Source: Octopus vulgaris (lineage: Eukaryota). Taken from it: a stretch of 64,000 nucleotides of DNA. The position numbers were made by a program, and so were the translations under genes. Positions 62,630 through 64,000 of the stretch are shown here, piece after piece; position 1 is the stretch's first letter; each line of letters opens with the position of its first letter. Where the stretch lies: the NCBI GenBank assembly GCA_951406725.2, contig OX597815.1:174592001-174656000 (forward strand), read 5' to 3'. Below the pieces are notes generated by a model. That model searched no databases. It had not been told where the DNA came from and saw only the letters and a program-made list of their open reading frames with translations.

Positions 62630-63191
62630 GTGGAAAGACTCCCCCCCCCCCATTTTCTCCCAAATTTGTTTATTTAAGAAATTTTTTTTTGCCCAAAATC
62701 CCCATTTTCGGATGCGGAGGTTTCGGAAAATTGCCAAAAATTGGCATAGTGAAATTTTCCCCCCTTCCCCCTCAACTTCAATTTTGACTTTTTTCCCCGA
62801 CACTAACCCTAAAACCGTAACCTTAAGCCTAACCCTAAAACAGTAACTATAAGTACAGAAATGTTTTGAAATTTTTGTCCAAATCATAATGTCCGTATTT
62901 TTCCACATATTTAGAAAAAAAAATTCTTAATAAAAAAATTTTACAAAAATTTTAGGAAATATTTTTCAGAATCATAATCTCCATATTTTTCCACATATTT
63001 TGAAAAAACAAAACATATTTCTGAAAAAAAGTGGAAAATGAAGGAAATGGGGGTGAGGGTGGTAATTTAGAAATGCCAGTTTTTGCCTATTTTTTTGCAG
63101 ATTCATATTCCCTGTAGCCGAAAAGGGGGGGTTGTGTTGAAAAAAAACGTTTTAGAAAATGGGTGAGGGGGACAGGCGGAAGTCTTGCCCC
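62630..63191. mobile_element. TIR-like element with telomere-like (CCCTAA) repeats inserted in a SINE; homopolymer-rich
   Basis: Imperfect inverted ends GGAAAGACTCCCCC / GGCGGAAGTCTTGCCCC; ctaaccctaaaaccgtaaccttaagcctaaccctaa at about 62803-62838; the flanking SINE resumes after it. Confidence 0.5.
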
Positions 63192-64000
63192 AAGAGTGCT
63201 GAGTGCTTTTACATGGCACTGCACAGGTGCTATAGTATTTATGGACAGTAAGCCACTACGTATATCATCATCGTCATCATCAACATTTAACATCCAGTTT
63301 CCATGTTGACATGGGTTAGACAGCTTAAGAGTAACTGGCAAGGCCAAGGGCCACACCAGGTTCCATTGCTTTGGCTTGGTTTCTACGGCTGGATGCCCTT
63401 CTTAACATCAACCACTTTACAGAGTGTATTGAGTGCTTTATATGTGGCACCATCAACATAACTTTTTACATGGAGCTAGCGCCCACACTAATGCTTTTTA
63501 CATGGTACCTTGGTTTTAGGATCTCAATTCTGTTGTGATGATTGGGCCTCTAGACCTGTGAAGCCCCTAGGCAGCTGCCTAGTGTACCCATACTTTAAGA
63601 TGGCACGGTGGGTGGGGGTCAAATGTAATGGTGTAATTGTAACCAGTAGATTGTAACCATAATAGAGATGTTGCAAGTTACAGAGAAAGGCCAAGAAAGA
63701 CTGCATGTTGTATGATTAAAAAAATAAGGAATTGAGAAGTGACATAGTAGAGATTTTATTCAACTTTTTTACTCTTTTACTTGTTTCAATCATTTGACTG
63801 GCCATGCTGGAGCACTGCCTTTAGTCGAGCAAATTGACCCCAGGATTTATTCTTTGTAAGCCTAGTACTTATTCTATCGATCTCTTTTGCTGAACTACTA
63901 AGTTACGGGGATGTAAACACACCAGCACTCCTGCGCTTAGTGCTACTATTAGGAAATTTTTCTCGCAACTGCTACAAGATAGAACTAAATGCTAATGTTA

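Overview
This is a eukaryotic, AT-rich, repeat-dense genomic window. The tRNA-headed SINEs, (GAT)n-tailed SINE-like family, microsatellites and gene content suggest an octopus (coleoid cephalopod), which is an inference; the species cannot be determined. I reconstructed two complete multi-exon genes by hand, both on the minus strand and head-to-tail, with GT-AG junctions and consistent phases. UBAC1/KPC2 has 10 coding exons (6783-21760, 419 aa, UBL-UBA-UBA-STI1). SWT1 has 22 coding exons (28683-58288, 903 aa: N-terminal WW, Lys-rich region, PIN endoribonuclease, C-terminal helical region). Introns and intergenic DNA contain a full-length decayed DD34D mariner, Tigger and Tc1-like relics, RTE and CR1/L2-type LINE fragments, TTAA-flanked piggyBac-like MITEs, a probable non-autonomous Helitron, Penelope-like remnants with minimal hammerhead-like motifs, and many SINEs. 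Most entries in the ORF track are spurious. No clearly novel system is demonstrable. The best leads are RNA-structure and splicing features in SWT1, the hammerhead-like motifs, and the Pin1-like WW domain fused to the PIN nuclease.
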